From Monocercomonoides exilis PA203 (lineage: Eukaryota > Protista > Preaxostyla): DNA of 64,000 bases. The notes under the pieces were generated by a model, which searched no databases, was not told where the DNA came from, and was given only the letters and a program-made list of their open reading frames with translations. Positions 12,001 to 22,073 of this stretch are shown here, in pieces (the stretch's first letter is position 1; every line of letters starts with the position of its first letter). The position numbers and the translations under genes are program-made. Where the stretch lies: assembly GCA_001643675.2 (NCBI GenBank), contig LSRY02000044.1, forward strand, positions 124,001 to 188,000, in the 5' to 3' direction.

Positions 12001-12184
12001 CACTCAAAACACACAGCAAATGTTTAGTCCTGCTCCTTCTGTTCCTTCGACTCAAAGTTATCCCTCGCATCCTTCGTTACCGCCTCCACCCCCAAAGCCT
12101 TCTCCATCTATTGCTTCTCCCTCAATTCCATCATTGACATCATATTATCTTCCTTCAAATGCTACAGGGACAACGCCACAATAA
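2..12184 (+). CDS. Giant ubiquitin-specific protease (peptidase C19, USP9X/USP24/USP34-like), 5' end lies upstream of the window
   Basis: The frame has no stop from position 2 to TAA 12182-12184 (>4000 aa). It contains a Cys box GYMGIRNNGSLCYMISVLIQLF (Cys ~3788), QQDAVEF, LPNTIVFGLKRFQFD, a His box YELVGVICHDGGAEGGHYYSFVK (His ~5009), WLLFNDASV and SAFMLFY. There is a ubiquitin-like stretch near the start and a Pro/Ser-rich tail. Confidence 0.92.
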   Translation, partial: SSSSSSSSPSLHLPQSLQAQLIRTENALLLLLHLIYACLPPATPFERIKQHTGDSTSAFGISFSASTALPDLHTYFRVGDYGLVEVVLTHADCIQSLRLRIADKLKVPPTDIKVNYGGTDYSFRKNLLFDYFGRENVEKLEIDVAVYDRKPPLDPHDPLAFPEKSYPPSFILSEGTEPQALFSSSAHLLTDLIDLTPGLMSLCRHLFFFFPPGEALRREIFRAKQGTDWTQIFCVSSIYSLYTQSQLQDEANALHISSSSSSQSSSSSSSSSSSSSLSSSSSSSSMSIKPEISQSKSKHQKPNSSLQASWQSKLEIALNEVEQLVNQTQPLTDFDMLDADVYKKLICFVNGPEYTPDDLQHWRFRFIESGGLSCLLSILINTPIQPELIPDEFMQSSSQALESHRLSSMPSSISSSMPSSMSSSSDNSAAASNNLNSSAINPYPHLPPRLLFLLMRIVFMFILNSSTSPSSVASVVAAQYPSFIRPPVLMEYVTTYALSQCPVSCICTTPEVAAHHTNEELLATTASLSSPISQIIVFFTRLLQLYALFACRLTMSNPFLSAHPTYTKLSSVSAGGSVQSQTAPNILSYSPFATKMRADKISEYSSITPINAEGELRESSSISMKELLSSWSGERNTLNTLLTETQEQFEALFQKPKTIAKTFAYYLWRNKEKSPNAAEGDINKERGIYVNSYQQGVNTQNYTFDEMRGNLSFITDRSNLFSNQFCGSNFSSLNKMFLRKKFLKKLNGKEAIPALAKTSTSSRFFDKLKSTQNLSVSRQLESSRIFGADEGENNFRQMNLDDLNMSSQDIHKFSLLPSREPTRITQRLGAQQNKDTKVNVKVDEFFSSLLPEEIAFRLIFAFLARYQVCLFPLLMKREGHPSLFLLLSGSGRAVHDEKPAEKEEGKQERDRRMEGAIQSLLNLLSSVPLAETDEFIADLQRAISSGNFEGFGENGISSSGYVVCSVLGKIAEELIPIECSSGFGAKMLERFFKVFMLALRAQPSLKARDGNPQYTFNSARFLTVFSHLFVDCEEIYDNYSSFEQQSSSSAAASLLIQKQSGELNASWLNRNALSSSMQIVPSVSSASFSDPSNPNSNLFARSADSSCSSLLTLASAVLVGLRMLEWDSNPDDAEMERSLREKEQYIKLVLGGSSYSQMSSASVALIPFIMSRILIDFGDKKCPMLPPYLMAQFSPSLRVVLLSLLVSLCRNDALPNSQIVLSMLVRLQGLENKRVFPTFNTNPSQTSKATLGYMGIRNNGSLCYMISVLIQLFMHPQFRLIVMKYSGEECGGWTSHKEEATNSHHSENRESLVHSHDMTSNFVHFDPNAPAYGSLSGRDQSTFFLKSSFNQNIPYQPAVTSQQLYSSTHFVSHFGMSSLRSSISSVATRHSNNQGNNEPPEFAKRRQKTWEELRSLFCVLDDASVEAAELNEFLSVFEMYDGVPLDPSVQQDAVEFFLCLMDQAQQHLKKMKAPDAVDRLFGGLSCEQRICEAGHVNTQADHWMTVGVEVLGYQSLEDSLRAHVEGDIVEDAICSSCGKKTKMAKRSLLQELPNTIVFGLKRFQFDRTRQRFVKVNDHFEFPLTDLDIGPFMKEVVNETEKGIRDSEMYSQITRAIEFSKKNSPDNPHSHPFFVNGTAKRDFPELNRSSDYYKYELVGVICHDGGAEGGHYYSFVKERCAPNRWLLFNDASVKEIDPSCLAEFCFGGIGDDQELQKIYEGGAISLDALYKSYSAFMLFYQRKNPQDDWAKEKQEKKKHDGLYNQLLRKSGRLTHDELIKLPFPPSFPLDTLSEICNPSMNMAGSSSLLSMEQLALSPQLLSMSPMFTSYSSSQATLIHNSQILSNRTIRILSEMNRGKLLFNKEFFSFVQTMYYFLDCPHFVDSLQNATKINENASAGGAPTEAEQTQIAPLQQMSQYFLCFVWPSFVFHTMGHSRNISERFDEWIVQLERIMLCSSQVASSWVNLQIKQMKKDFTKEAQKLMKMESESSATALELLASSSPRQKCDSSSVLKAYLFYANNEKLQRGFLRVMLCALKGVAWIVENAISGYNETSGDGFSSNTTSIEEIINRSPQYIKDIIGILHSFFMSLLLSLSGMQKKFRSLTAFFLLVRDCCACSPLLATIILGCGFPQRCFDLLCPTEAPHFGWSEKTAVVQSRDGSVDSVDENVPPFVISQSAALGNDANSSSSSSSALPSQKDSNRTAVNLGPYGSQATTVVAAQSMLLALNACFLNAYSSTSSECIRILGLKHSNEVMILEKSEEDEDEEDKEATAFEERKKHQEQQMSDPNEFANLQHSNEKISLLNAACKLQNSDVDIESNEYNHFVSASYLRKLLMMTQRWNRHVSLFLCLSSYVPSVLPADCQSESEEFSKASNSLEHTLSCLLSLISSSRQNKELMEDSVSMFFDLITMQTFDASSNKYSSDYLPAQPFDDIRKRKMIQFLQFVAQDDVIKEEATISTCLTALNWYLRRSKPLALFIGTGADDCENKGYAFRLILHCAIRIQSKPLRELAVRIIRFACVLDERDVCLMKPRYWLASDAPHPFELPLPRVSEYLAKAPFSYRINCFPLLSFNGDLRLGVQRVDGEAVLTARSIEERELKKIQLFNISSFLLGKPLILLRDGKLPKLTDIKREEDTMELDSLYIPLFPGEAFCYDWTIDMQPHQLAPHRIPRYEFNENSIGLFSYAKWDDPYPNRAFISSFMSEERKDTPHPTSSQYLFVEDALKSEKNEMDQNAGRIKIKKKSKNDENELAIQREEGFATVKKHSQATLLGVMIEMVESQFNSELSHLLEFPWATVKEGEMHNDAQSGGQQNHTSSFGDTAGLAFQKASFPSPLSLPFSTPKGKEDKILTTDLTKFSLDSFFALFNWLLMTKTLEESSSGCSSACSSVAACSSSSASSEKVLSQPLLSLVDPNQFSENFCRVLVEVAGFTTTDYMRRTDLNRLAAIRFISRIAVHAPISERLWKCLMDQQSLLYPLDLPKDKIKDLRMKMFCDELCYSFFSMVLLLCERNRKGYEQLFSSFVALGTARSILLDKNTFLRSSPLLAILIAQFCCFAPLNHYYLCDLLFDEKDEIPLNSELAASIFHLLYFPRLLLPNNFNQLLQSNPLLLYRTNKIKCLFDLCNTPFKPFPFPRNCFLSLHSLTFVESSSPSAQKQEQSRKSGTVAAVMNDESIEAESKVSQMMFSSMKSGLTLESIGKRQMSLINMCISFMKLDEHITSTVSLIRISNEWIDDSFLRKMDYQHLPLTLALDVVDAFITDWFRDGIAGSTYDLSAVLAKEYNSIFGTYSPIEGERTKQLRSFEEDSTDALDAGSAEWSVQKSGFTTPHSNFKSQEEIVLYLNTIEHAVYFLSTLTCCAFPLCVRVKALRLIVMLLPMMKEVENLCDEHLLDALLVSFNSIYTNGAKSERSLSGGTFMSTYAREQNSPNPAACDRSNIFFANCLLTNMILEFSPGSEDCIPFSYLYTSRNVSQRNASSSSSSSSSSFVAPSVNNALAELFWRWQLFLVLSVLHLCTNVCIALDGMHAQFETVTPSQKPAVICPPQFDQPQTELDRRFWLRIKMMRLTEVTLFGLFHTHPITTIVGPVPWNPLFENITDFVHYPIKCVSDHIINRLFEVLSFSMSVFGAGSEQCYAPATALFDPLLNHLMMRHPSILAKAIQENTIFNLFSKYVSQVVAFTPTETSSYLQKAFARNLEDVLKEINNNTSSLSPVRAYSHQHSQSFYSSIQILKLFNPSILPVKAIVDAHFGDLSNAVGVLSKALASYPTEIREESREDTANIKKEIEDAKKVLAEFAAVCPSSFVPQNSTFSAQKSEYPFASSSSQQNFAFNSTFQQIPGNVQHSYQTAYPSSSVAVTPSSASPMFLQQPGSVVELPPPFSFGGRAETSSTPSTSSSQLSSSMMPPPNKGSPSSTEAPFSRLPANTHSGAGSSRIGERKVLPQAHKQSASSSSSLRKSQVLSKPKTPITFKAFNPLENTSSNSISRAAPPTTFSGSSLAPLTTQNTQQMFSPAPSVPSTQSYPSHPSLPPPPPKPSPSIASPSIPSLTSYYLPSNATGTTPQ

Positions 12185-14311
12185 AAATTACCAAACATAC
12201 AATTTGTTCAAATGGATTCCCAGAAAGATAATGCTCGTTGAATTGCTCAAAATAAAACTCAGAAGAATTATAAAGTTACAACAATCTTCATCATTGAAAG
12301 TGATCTTATTTTATTTTTTTTACACAAGTTTTCAAACGATAATAATTGAGGTTTATTTTTCATTAAAAAAAGCTTTTATGTTGATTTTTGAATTTTGTTT
12401 TGTTATGTTTTGGAAGTTTTGCATTTTTATTATTTGTATTAGAATTCAGTGGCAATTAATATCACAATAATCATTTTGAGGCTGCATTTTACAAGTTTCT
12501 TTTTTCTTGTTAGGAAATATGAAAATCAAGAGCATTTCTTAGAAGACAAATAATGTTTAAACATAACCAAAATGCACAATTACTATTTAATAAACTTCAA
12601 TGAAAAATCTTTGATAACTGTGTTGCATGGTAGTCATTTCTTGCATCATCAAACAAACAGTTCTAGCCCATAAATAAAGGATTAATACACAAAAATTATT
12701 CGTTACGGCAGATTATAACTTCAATAAATAATAAACTTTATTTTTTTTTTTTTTTTCTATGAAAAAAGGCAAAGACAAATCAATTCTTTACAGAAAAACA
12801 GCAAATCCAAACATAAAGTCCAATATTTCATTGATGAAAAACTCATTTAATCTGAAAAAATTGGCTTTTGAAATATTTCAAAGGCGAAATATTTCAAAAG
12901 CCTGCTTCTTTCTCTTCCCAATCGGAAAATTCAAAGGAAATTTTGCCTGTTTCTCTAATTCGTTCTCTCTTTCTTCTATTCATGTGAATGCATAAGAGGA
13001 TGATGAGGATGACACAATAAATAGGAAAAGAAAAGAAGAAGATGATTCTTTCTATTTTCTCTCTTCTCAGCAGTTCAATGGAAAAAGGAAATGAATTTAA
13101 TTCTCATAGATCAGCCAGATTGTCATTCCTTTAAAGCTCTTCCTGCACTTCCGATTAAGACGATGAAGGAGGTTGTGCAAGAAGAAGGTTGATGTATTTG
13201 ATGTGCACTTAATGATGAAGAAGAAGTAATCCTTTTCCTTTCAATCATATCCTTGTTGCCTTTGAGGATATGTTAATGAGTGAACATAAATCCATCTCCT
13301 CTTCCAAAACGTTGATGATGAACGACGATCCAAAAACATTCGAAAGAATTGTTTCAATAACATCTTCTCCATTTTGTGCTCCATTATCATCAATGCTGCT
13401 TGTTCTTTTCCTCTTTAATGTTGATCCAATCTAAAAACAGCCTTCATCCTGATTTTTCTTTCTCATTTTCCCTTCTTCCTTTATCCAAAAGAAATTCTCC
13501 CTGCAAATAGAAATCCGTCAGGCATTTCTCAAATAACTTCCAAAACCCAAAAATATGAAAAAATTAAATAACAAATTCATTTTTAATGAAAAGATTCGAA
13601 TAAGACAGAGTTTATCACATACCAATCGCAAATTGCATTCATACCTTGCAACCCCTTTGTGTTAACAAAATATGTCCATTTTCACTCATTTCACATTTTA
13701 TCCTTTTTTCTTTGAACTGAAATTCCTCTCTATCTGCGAGATAAGCTCATCAAAAGCCCAACCCAAATGCTCGAATAACCTTGTTCCATGCATCCCTTCT
13801 CTTTTGTGAAAAGTGTCCATTTCAGCCAATCGAGGCAAAAACAATCATTTCTTTCAAAACATCGAAAATCGCTTCAAATAAAAATATCACAAATAATCCA
13901 CAAATAGACATACATTTATATCTGGTGCAGGATTACAAAACTTTCAGCACTCATACCTCTTCCATTCATCTGTTTTCATCAATCTTCACATCATTCATTT
14001 CTTTCCCAATTGCCTTTTCTCATGAAAATACAGCCATCAAAATTATATGCTCCAAATCATGTGTTGTTCCATCTCAGAGGCAGATATCGCTGGACGGAGG
14101 GTGACGGCTGAAATATCAGTACATCAACAAAAATGGATGAATCATTCTCTATTATTCATCGGATCATAAATAAATGTTGAAAAACAACAAAGGAGAATAT
14201 TTATTTTCATATGAAAATATGATACTCATCAAAAGTTGAATGATATTTTTTTGTTTGAAGTGCCCATATTAGTCTGTGATAGAAAAAAGAAAAGAAAGCA
14301 GTTGGAGAGGC

Positions 14312-17300
14312 ATGGTATTGGGGCTGTCAGGAATATTATATTGTGTGTGGATAATTAGTGTGGGGTGCGTGTGCAAGGGTGCCACAAGTGGTGGAGCAGG
14401 ATTTGTTGAGGAATCAGGGAAAGAAGGAGAATTGGATTATCCTGAAGGCACATGGCGAGAGAAGGCTCAAAACAACAAAATTGGAGATGAGAATTTGCTT
14501 GACACACATATTGAAGGAAAAGAAGGTGGAGTGGGAGAGACCAGGAAAGAAGAGAGAATGATGAAGAAATGCACAAAACAATGGAATGAAGAAAGTGGAG
14601 AGATTGGGAAAGTCCAAAAATGGGGTTTTTGTGAAGAGTGGAAAATGTGGGGAAAGGGGGGTGTGTGTGGTGGGAGTGGGGTTGAGGGAAGTGTTGTTGG
14701 GGTCAATTCATCACTGAAACTGAATTCATTGGGATTGAGGGAAATGGGTGGGGAGAGTGTGCTCAGGGCATCGGATGGAAGTTCTGTTGATGTGAGTGGA
14801 TGTGTGATTGGAGTTGAGAGAGAGACACACCCCTTTGATTTGTGTGGGAGCTGTGGATTGTTCACCAACATTTCCTTCAGATCGTCTTCAACTTCGTCTT
14901 CAACCTCGACTGAACAGATATTTCCTCCACTTTTCTCTTCAAAAGCAGTGGAAGGAGAGATTTCAGAGAAATGCCATGTTTCTGTTTGCTCTTCCCATTT
15001 CTCATCATTTTGTGTGTCTTCAGCCCCATTCATCTCATCGCACTTTGTGTGTCTTTCCCAATTGGAATTCTTCAACATCTCCACAGATCCATTGAAAACA
15101 ACACATCTGGGTGAAGGGCCGAGCCAAACCTCGTTTCTGATGAGTGGATGCGCATTTTCGTCAGTGTGGGATGTTTATGATGGGGGCATCGTCTCCTCAC
15201 TGAACAGCCCATCATCTTCCTTGGCTGCCTCGAACATCTCGTTTGTCAGGTGCTATCGCACTCAGAATGTTGCAATCAATGGGAGTGAAGGGAATCTTTC
15301 GAAACCAGGGAGACAAAATCAGACAGATGATGGAGAAAATTCATTCACTTGGTGTGTGTGGAATGGCACAAAAACAACTGGGACAAGTATTTCTTATTCA
15401 GATGGAACTTCAAATGGTGGAGCGATTTACATGTATAACAAGGCATCGGGAAGTCTTTCAGTGAAATTTTGTTCGTTCAATGACTGCACTGCATATTGGG
15501 ATGGTGGAGGAATTATGTGCTATTCAATCAATTCAGTCAAGATCGAGAACAGCTCATTCAATGCTTGTACCGCAAAAAATTATTATGGAGGAGGAATATT
15601 TGCTGAATCAATTTCATCATGTGTCAGGATCAGTGATTGTGAATTCCAGAACTGTAAAGCAAGCGGTCATGGAGGAGGACTTTATCTATATACTTTTGAT
15701 GCTTCAGGATCTTCATGTATTGGAACGGAAAGTGGGAAAGGGGAGAGTGCTTGTGTGTTTGAGTGTTTCTTCACTTCGTGTTCTCTAACAGATACAAGTG
15801 GTGGAGGGATGTATTGTGTTAATGTTCAGGCTGCATTCAAAATGAGGAGCCTACAGTTTATTTCGTGCAACGCAACATCAACTGGCGGAGGATTGTACTT
15901 TTATACATCTCAAACAACATCCCCGGCCAACAACATTTATTGCTATTTTCTCTTCTTCCACGATTGCAGTTGCAGTAATTCCACTCCATATGGCTACGAT
16001 GTGTATATTTTAGATTATTACAATCTCTTTTCGTCTGACAACCCGTTCTATGAATCATATACAACGAATACAAATGAGAAGAGAGTGTGCCGTTATTATA
16101 AATCTGGAAGTTGGTATTATCAGCACACAGAAAAGAAGAATTGGCTGAAGGATGGAAAGTTATTATTTGTTGGAGAGAACGGAAATGATTCGAATGAATT
16201 ATGCGGAATGAATGAGACAAAGCCTTGTAAAACGATTGGGCATTCTGTGAATAAATGCAATGATGTTAGTTTCGGAATTTCAGTACTGAACGGGAGGCAT
16301 GGAAGCGAAGTCACGATGATCAGTATTGGGGAAAAGAAGATAACAATAACAGGGAGAGGGAAGGAGGTGAGTGTGATTGGGACAAGTGCGCTTTCGACTT
16401 CTTCGTCAATGCTGTTTAGCATATCTTCTGGCCAACTGAAGGTGGGGCATGTGGGGATCGATCACAACGCGACAAGAAGCCCATCGCCGAGTGTGTTTGT
16501 GGTGTCTGTGGGGAGCGGGACTCTTTCACTGGAAGATGTGGTGATCGACTCTTCGACACCAGGAGGGAGTGTTATATCAGCATCTGTGTTTGAAGTGATG
16601 CTGAGGCAGTTGAAGACGATTGATGTGGAGATTGAAAATATGAAAATGAGTCAACCTTTGTTCTCTGAACCATTATCAACAGGATCGGCATCAGGAGAGT
16701 GTTTTGGAGAATGTAACAATTCGAAATGTGAATCGTACAGGAGGAGATGGAGTGGTTGTGGCAAAGAGTGTGAAGGGAGGAGAGACATTTGTGGTGTGGA
16801 ATACAACAATGGAAGGATGTGAGTGTGCGAATGGGAATGGAGGGGGGATAAAAGTTGAGTTGGAAGATACAACAAGCAAAGTTAGAATTGGAACATCAAC
16901 ATCGCACAGTGGAGGAACAACAACATTTAATCAATGCAAGTGCAATGAATTTGGAGGAGGGATATTTCTTTCTTTGATGGATGCAAATGCATTGTTTGAG
17001 TTGTCAGATACTCTTGTATTTGAGAGAAATGAGGCAAAATATGGGAGGAATATGTTCATTTCTACGTCTGATCTGAACAAAACTGTGACAAATGAGTCAT
17101 TCAAGTTTGATTATTCATCAATGAAGGATGATAAGACTCTGTTTGTGGGGAGTGATGATTTTCATTCAAACAAAGATTTGTTCATGTTTCTGATTCCATA
17201 CAGCTCAACTGAGATATTTGTCTCATCTGAAGGATATGATGTGGCGCGTTGTGGAAGTGAGGAAGAACCATGTCAATCAATGTGGAAAGGGATGGGAAAC

Positions 17301-20300
17301 ATAAAAGAAGGAGATGAAATGAAAACAATTCATATTGAAGGATCAACCGTTATTCTAGATTCTTTCAATGTTTCCAATTATCAGATCAAAAAGGGTGTGA
17401 AGATGGGAGAAGAGAATGTGAAAGCAACATTGAATTTTGAAAAGGCAATTGGAGGCCAACTGGAATATTTTATGGAAAATGATATTTATCTTGAATTGAC
17501 AAACATCCAACTTCAATTAACATCTGGATTTGACAACTCAGCCAAAACAATTATTTCGAATATAAATGGAGAATTGGTGATAACTGGATGCTCATTCCAT
17601 TCAGAAGCAGGAGTGAACAATGGATTTGATTGTCCATTTGTAAATGCGATTGGAGGAAGTATGGAAGTGAATGATTTGTCGATTGAATCGTGCAATGTTG
17701 GAAACAATATTTTTGTCATTCATGATACTGGAATTACTTGCCATTTTGTGAATGTTCAAGTGGAATCGTTGAATGAAAGCAGAGGATGCGTATTATCAAT
17801 CAAGAAATCTGAACAAGGATTGAAGATAAATGAAGTGGGTGAGGAAATGAGTCTCAACATTGATAATTCAACATTTTCAGGAGTGAAGAGAAGTGACAAT
17901 GGACCAAGCATTTTGGAATCAAAGAGTGAGAAAAAGATTTGTTTGGTTGTGAATGAGAGCAACATCACAGAAGACAAAGCAGAAACAAGTGAAAAAGGAG
18001 GGGCAATATTCTTCACATTGGGTGCATCAGGATCAATGAAGATGATTGAGTCCGAAGTCAGTCAATGCAGCTGCACCAATGGAAAAGGAGGAGGGGTGTA
18101 TTTGATGACAAAAGAACGAGGGGAATTAAATTTCATATTTATGGGGATGAAATTCAGTTCAAATACAGCAAGAGTGGGAAACGATATCTTCATTGAATGC
18201 TTCAATATCACATCGCAGATCAATGAAAGGCAATTCCAGTTTGATCTTCGAAAAGACAACTTCAATCGATTCAATGCAATATATGGAATTGATAGTTGTG
18301 AATATCCTAATGATACGAATCTGATTGGATTTATTACGATCCATCAGAGCGACACAATCATTGTGAGAAGTGTAAATGGATCGAATGACAGACAATGTGG
18401 AACAAACACACTTCCATGCTATTCAGTTGAACGGGGTCTGATGCATCTGACATCTGAATATGTGAGTCTATTGTATGTTGACACAGAGAGTGTGATTGGT
18501 GGAGAAATAAATCTGGAGGAAATGAGTTTGAGTTCGAAGAGCAGAGAAATGTGTGAAGTTGAAGTGAAATCAGAGATTGAAAGAATGAGAGAGACATTGG
18601 TAACAACAACAGGGACAGTCTCGTTGGTGAGAGTGAATTTTGTGTTTAATTCGAATTTCATCTCTTCACATGAATCACTGATATCACCAGAGAGAGGTAT
18701 TCTTGAAATTATGAATTGTTCATTCAGTTTAATACAATCTAATGAAGAAGGAAATATAGAATTAGCAAACATTCCATTTCACATCATTAATACGGCAGAA
18801 GGAGAATTACAACTTGATGGATGCGCAATATCAAATCTCATTCTTCATGAATCAGCATTATCTCTATCATCATCACTTTCATCAGTGATTTATTTGTTTG
18901 AGATATTCAATTCAACAATTAAAACTTCTCTGATAGATATTAATGAATGTGGGCAATTGAATATGGAAAAGTTTCATTCAGAAAATATCACAGTTGAAGG
19001 AAATGAAGAATCATTAATATCTTGCCTGTCAATGAAAAAGACAATTCAGTTAGCAAATTGCACAATAGGTGGAGTCGGTTCAAAGACTACAAAAGGAAAA
19101 TTGATGAAATTGGAGAATTGCACAGATGTGAAAATGGACAGTTGCATTTTTGATGGGAATTCAAAGGAAAGAAATGAGCAGAATCTGAAAGCAGAAGAAG
19201 AGATTTGCAGATGGGAAGGTTCTCTTGTGGATGTTGTGAAGAGTTCTGTTTTGATGAAAGACACAACAATATCGAATTCACCAGAAGGTGGTATTACGAT
19301 GAGTGAAGGAAGTGTGATAATTGAGAAAGGAGAATTTTTGAATAACAATCCACCAATCGATGGATATCCATCAGCGCGAAGGAATGTGATCTGTTCAGAT
19401 TCAGGAACATTGAATGCGATGAGTTTGAAAGGAGGAGATGGATTGAAGGATAACTCATCTCTTTGGATGTTGAACGATGGGTGCAGTTTTGAAGGGATTG
19501 TTTCAGAAAGGGATTCATCATTCTTTATTCCTGTACTGGAAAGTGTGGAAACAGAAGAAGAGACAGATAGAATGAAGCTAATATTCAAAGGAATGCTTCT
19601 TATTCCATGCAATCTGTCATTCTCAGTTGTGAAGAGGAAGGGAGAAGAGAAAGAGATTGAAAAACATGATTTTGATTCAAATAGATTCTTGTCAGAAAGA
19701 GAAGTTGAGGGAAGTGTGGGAAAAGATCTCATCAGCAGTTGTGAAAATGATGTTGAAGTGAGCGTGCATATTTTGTTTGGCAACACAGAATCTCCTTCAT
19801 CGACACAGCCATTCATTCTGAAGAATGCAAGTGAAGCAAAGGCGAATGGAGATGAAAGAATTGTTGAAGGAGGAAGCAAAACAGTGCCTTATTGGATTAT
19901 CATTGTTGTTGTATTTGCAGTTTTGTTTTTGATTGTTCTCATCGCCCTTGTTGTGTTCATTGCCAGATGGAGAAATTCAAAAGAAGAAGCGAAAAAATAC
20001 AAGGAGATTGTGAATGACAACATCAGAAAAGATCCGAAGCTGATTGAGATGGTGACGATGGAGATGTCACCAGAGGCGCAGTGGAGGAGAGAAGAGATGA
20101 ATAATGAAGAGAATGCAAAGAAGAGGGTGTATGAAAAGAAGATGGTGCATTCGGAGTCAGAAGAGTATTTGTTGGCTGAGAGTGGATCGACAGAATATAT
20201 TCTTGGAAGGGATTCGGGCAAGATTCCTGAATGGGCACTGGAGAAAGAAGAAGAAGAAGAGATAAGGAAGAGAACACCATCACCTTCAATCTCATCCACA

Positions 20301-21263
20301 GACACAAACACAACATTTGTGAGGATGGACGATCTGTGTCCGACCACCTCATCGATATCGAATTTGGTGGATGCAATGGCCTGCTCCTCTCCTCATGAGA
20401 AACTGATTGTGGACTTGAGCGATTCATTGTTCATGCTGCTGCATGGGAGGAATAAGACAAAGGAGATGACGATAGGCACTCTTCAAGAGAGGGAGCAAAC
20501 AGCTTCCCAGATCCTGTTCTGGGTGGCTAATCTCTCACTCCACTCGTTTGATGAAATGGAAGTTCCACTTTCCTCTCTTTCCAATCTGAGTCCGCACATT
20601 GTTCTCTTCTCAGAACACATGGTGATCTGCATCGTGATGCATTCGGACTGCTCGTCAGATGATGATTCAGATTCATCATCGATCTCATCATCAACAGTTG
20701 TGACATCTGCCAGCGATGATGATGATGATTATGATGATGATAGTGACTCTCTTCCCTCATCAGCGTTTGAGGATGAAGATGATTACAAAAAAGAGTGTTT
20801 AAGATGGATGGCACCAGAGCTGCAGATGAACAAGAAGATGGGGGCAACAAAGAGCTCAGTGGCATTCTCGATTGGGATGATGCTGTGGGAGTGTCTGACA
20901 CTGGAGATTCCGTTTGGGGAGTATGAGGCAGCGATTGCAGGAGACAAGATCGTAAATGGGGAGAGACCGAGGATGGGGGAAGAGCAGTCGAGCCTTGAAG
21001 AGGTGGTGAAGGAGTGCCTGTCGGGTGAGGCAGGGCTGCGGCCGACACTGGGAGATTTGAAGCGGGAGTTTCTTGGGCACTTTCCGAAAGAAGCGCTGAT
21101 AATGACAGTTTCAGATGCAGTTGCGATTCAGTCGTTGATGTATTGCGAAGCGAATGGACAGGATGATAAGGGTGAGGATAATAATGATAATGATGAAGTT
21201 GATGAGGATGATGAGGAAGGTTACGATGAGGGAAGCACCAGCAGCAGTTGCAGTTTGAAATAA
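14312..21263 (+). CDS. Large single-pass surface receptor (Cys-rich GGxI beta-helix/pectin-lyase-like ectodomain, TM helix, C-terminal pseudokinase), interrupted by one frameshift at ~16695
   Basis: Hydrophobic N-terminus from ATG 14312, repeated GGAI/GGGI...FxxC motifs, TM YWIIIVVVFAVLFLIVLIALVVFIARW (~19890-19970), and a kinase C-lobe LRWMAPEL..VAFSIGMMLWECLTLEIPF..GERP..LRPTL. ORFs 14276..16822 and 16704..21263 join if 2 nt are restored, as in the paralog at 23911-23925. Confidence 0.8.
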
Positions 21264-21949
21264 TTTGGAATGGGAATGAAGGCGAGCAGCAAGAGGAAAT
21301 GGAGGAAATATGGATGAGTAATTTGAGATGGTGTTGCTTTGAATAAGTGTTTTGTTGGTGGAATGGAAATATCAGGGCAGCTGCATTACCAGTGGTTGCT
21401 TTGTGGAATTGAAGAAAGTCAGATTTTTATTTCAAATAGATATTTTTTTATTTTTGAGAATGTGTTTTGATTTGTGGGAAAACCTCAAATGAATATTTGT
21501 TTTTATTTTGTTTGTTTTATTTCACTAGATTTTGTCATTCACCAAAACAACTCTTTGCGTTTGTCTTTTTTTTCGTTTTTAAGCATTTGTGATTGTATTT
21601 CCCTTTTTGATTGTTAACAGACATGAATATTTATTTTCAGTTGTGTCTCATATATTTATTGTTTTGATTGATTTTCCAACACCTTTTTGAATGCTTTTAT
21701 ACATGGAGTTTTTGTTGAATCACCATTCTTATTTTTCGATTGTTAATCCGATATGTATTTGCAGTCATCTTCTTGTGTAACTCAAACCATTTTTGTTGCA
21801 TTTTTAACAACAATTCAATTTTTTCATTTATTTTTGAGTAGATTCAGTGTTTTTCAACACGTAACACCAACACAGCTTGAATAATGAAGTGATAAAGAAT
21901 AATTTTGAAACAGAAAATTTTTTATATAAAATCTGAAAAATTTCAAATA

Positions 21950-22073
21950 CATCAAAATTTATTCAACTTCGAATAAGTTTTATTCAAGATCGAAAAACTA
22001 TAATTCAACATCGAAAATTCTTTTTCATCAAATAATTTGAAAAATTATCAAAATTCAGACTCAATCAGTTTTT
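21950..22073 (+). mobile_element. Truncated copy (one end) of the TA-TSD MITE family
   Basis: ta|catcaaaatttattcaac is a variant of the TIR, followed by ~3 degenerate 21-bp units and sequence matching the 28679 copy. Confidence 0.65.

Noticed and set aside
12980-14110. Possible minus-strand gene remnant
   Set aside because: Coding-like composition but no ORF or motif I can assign.
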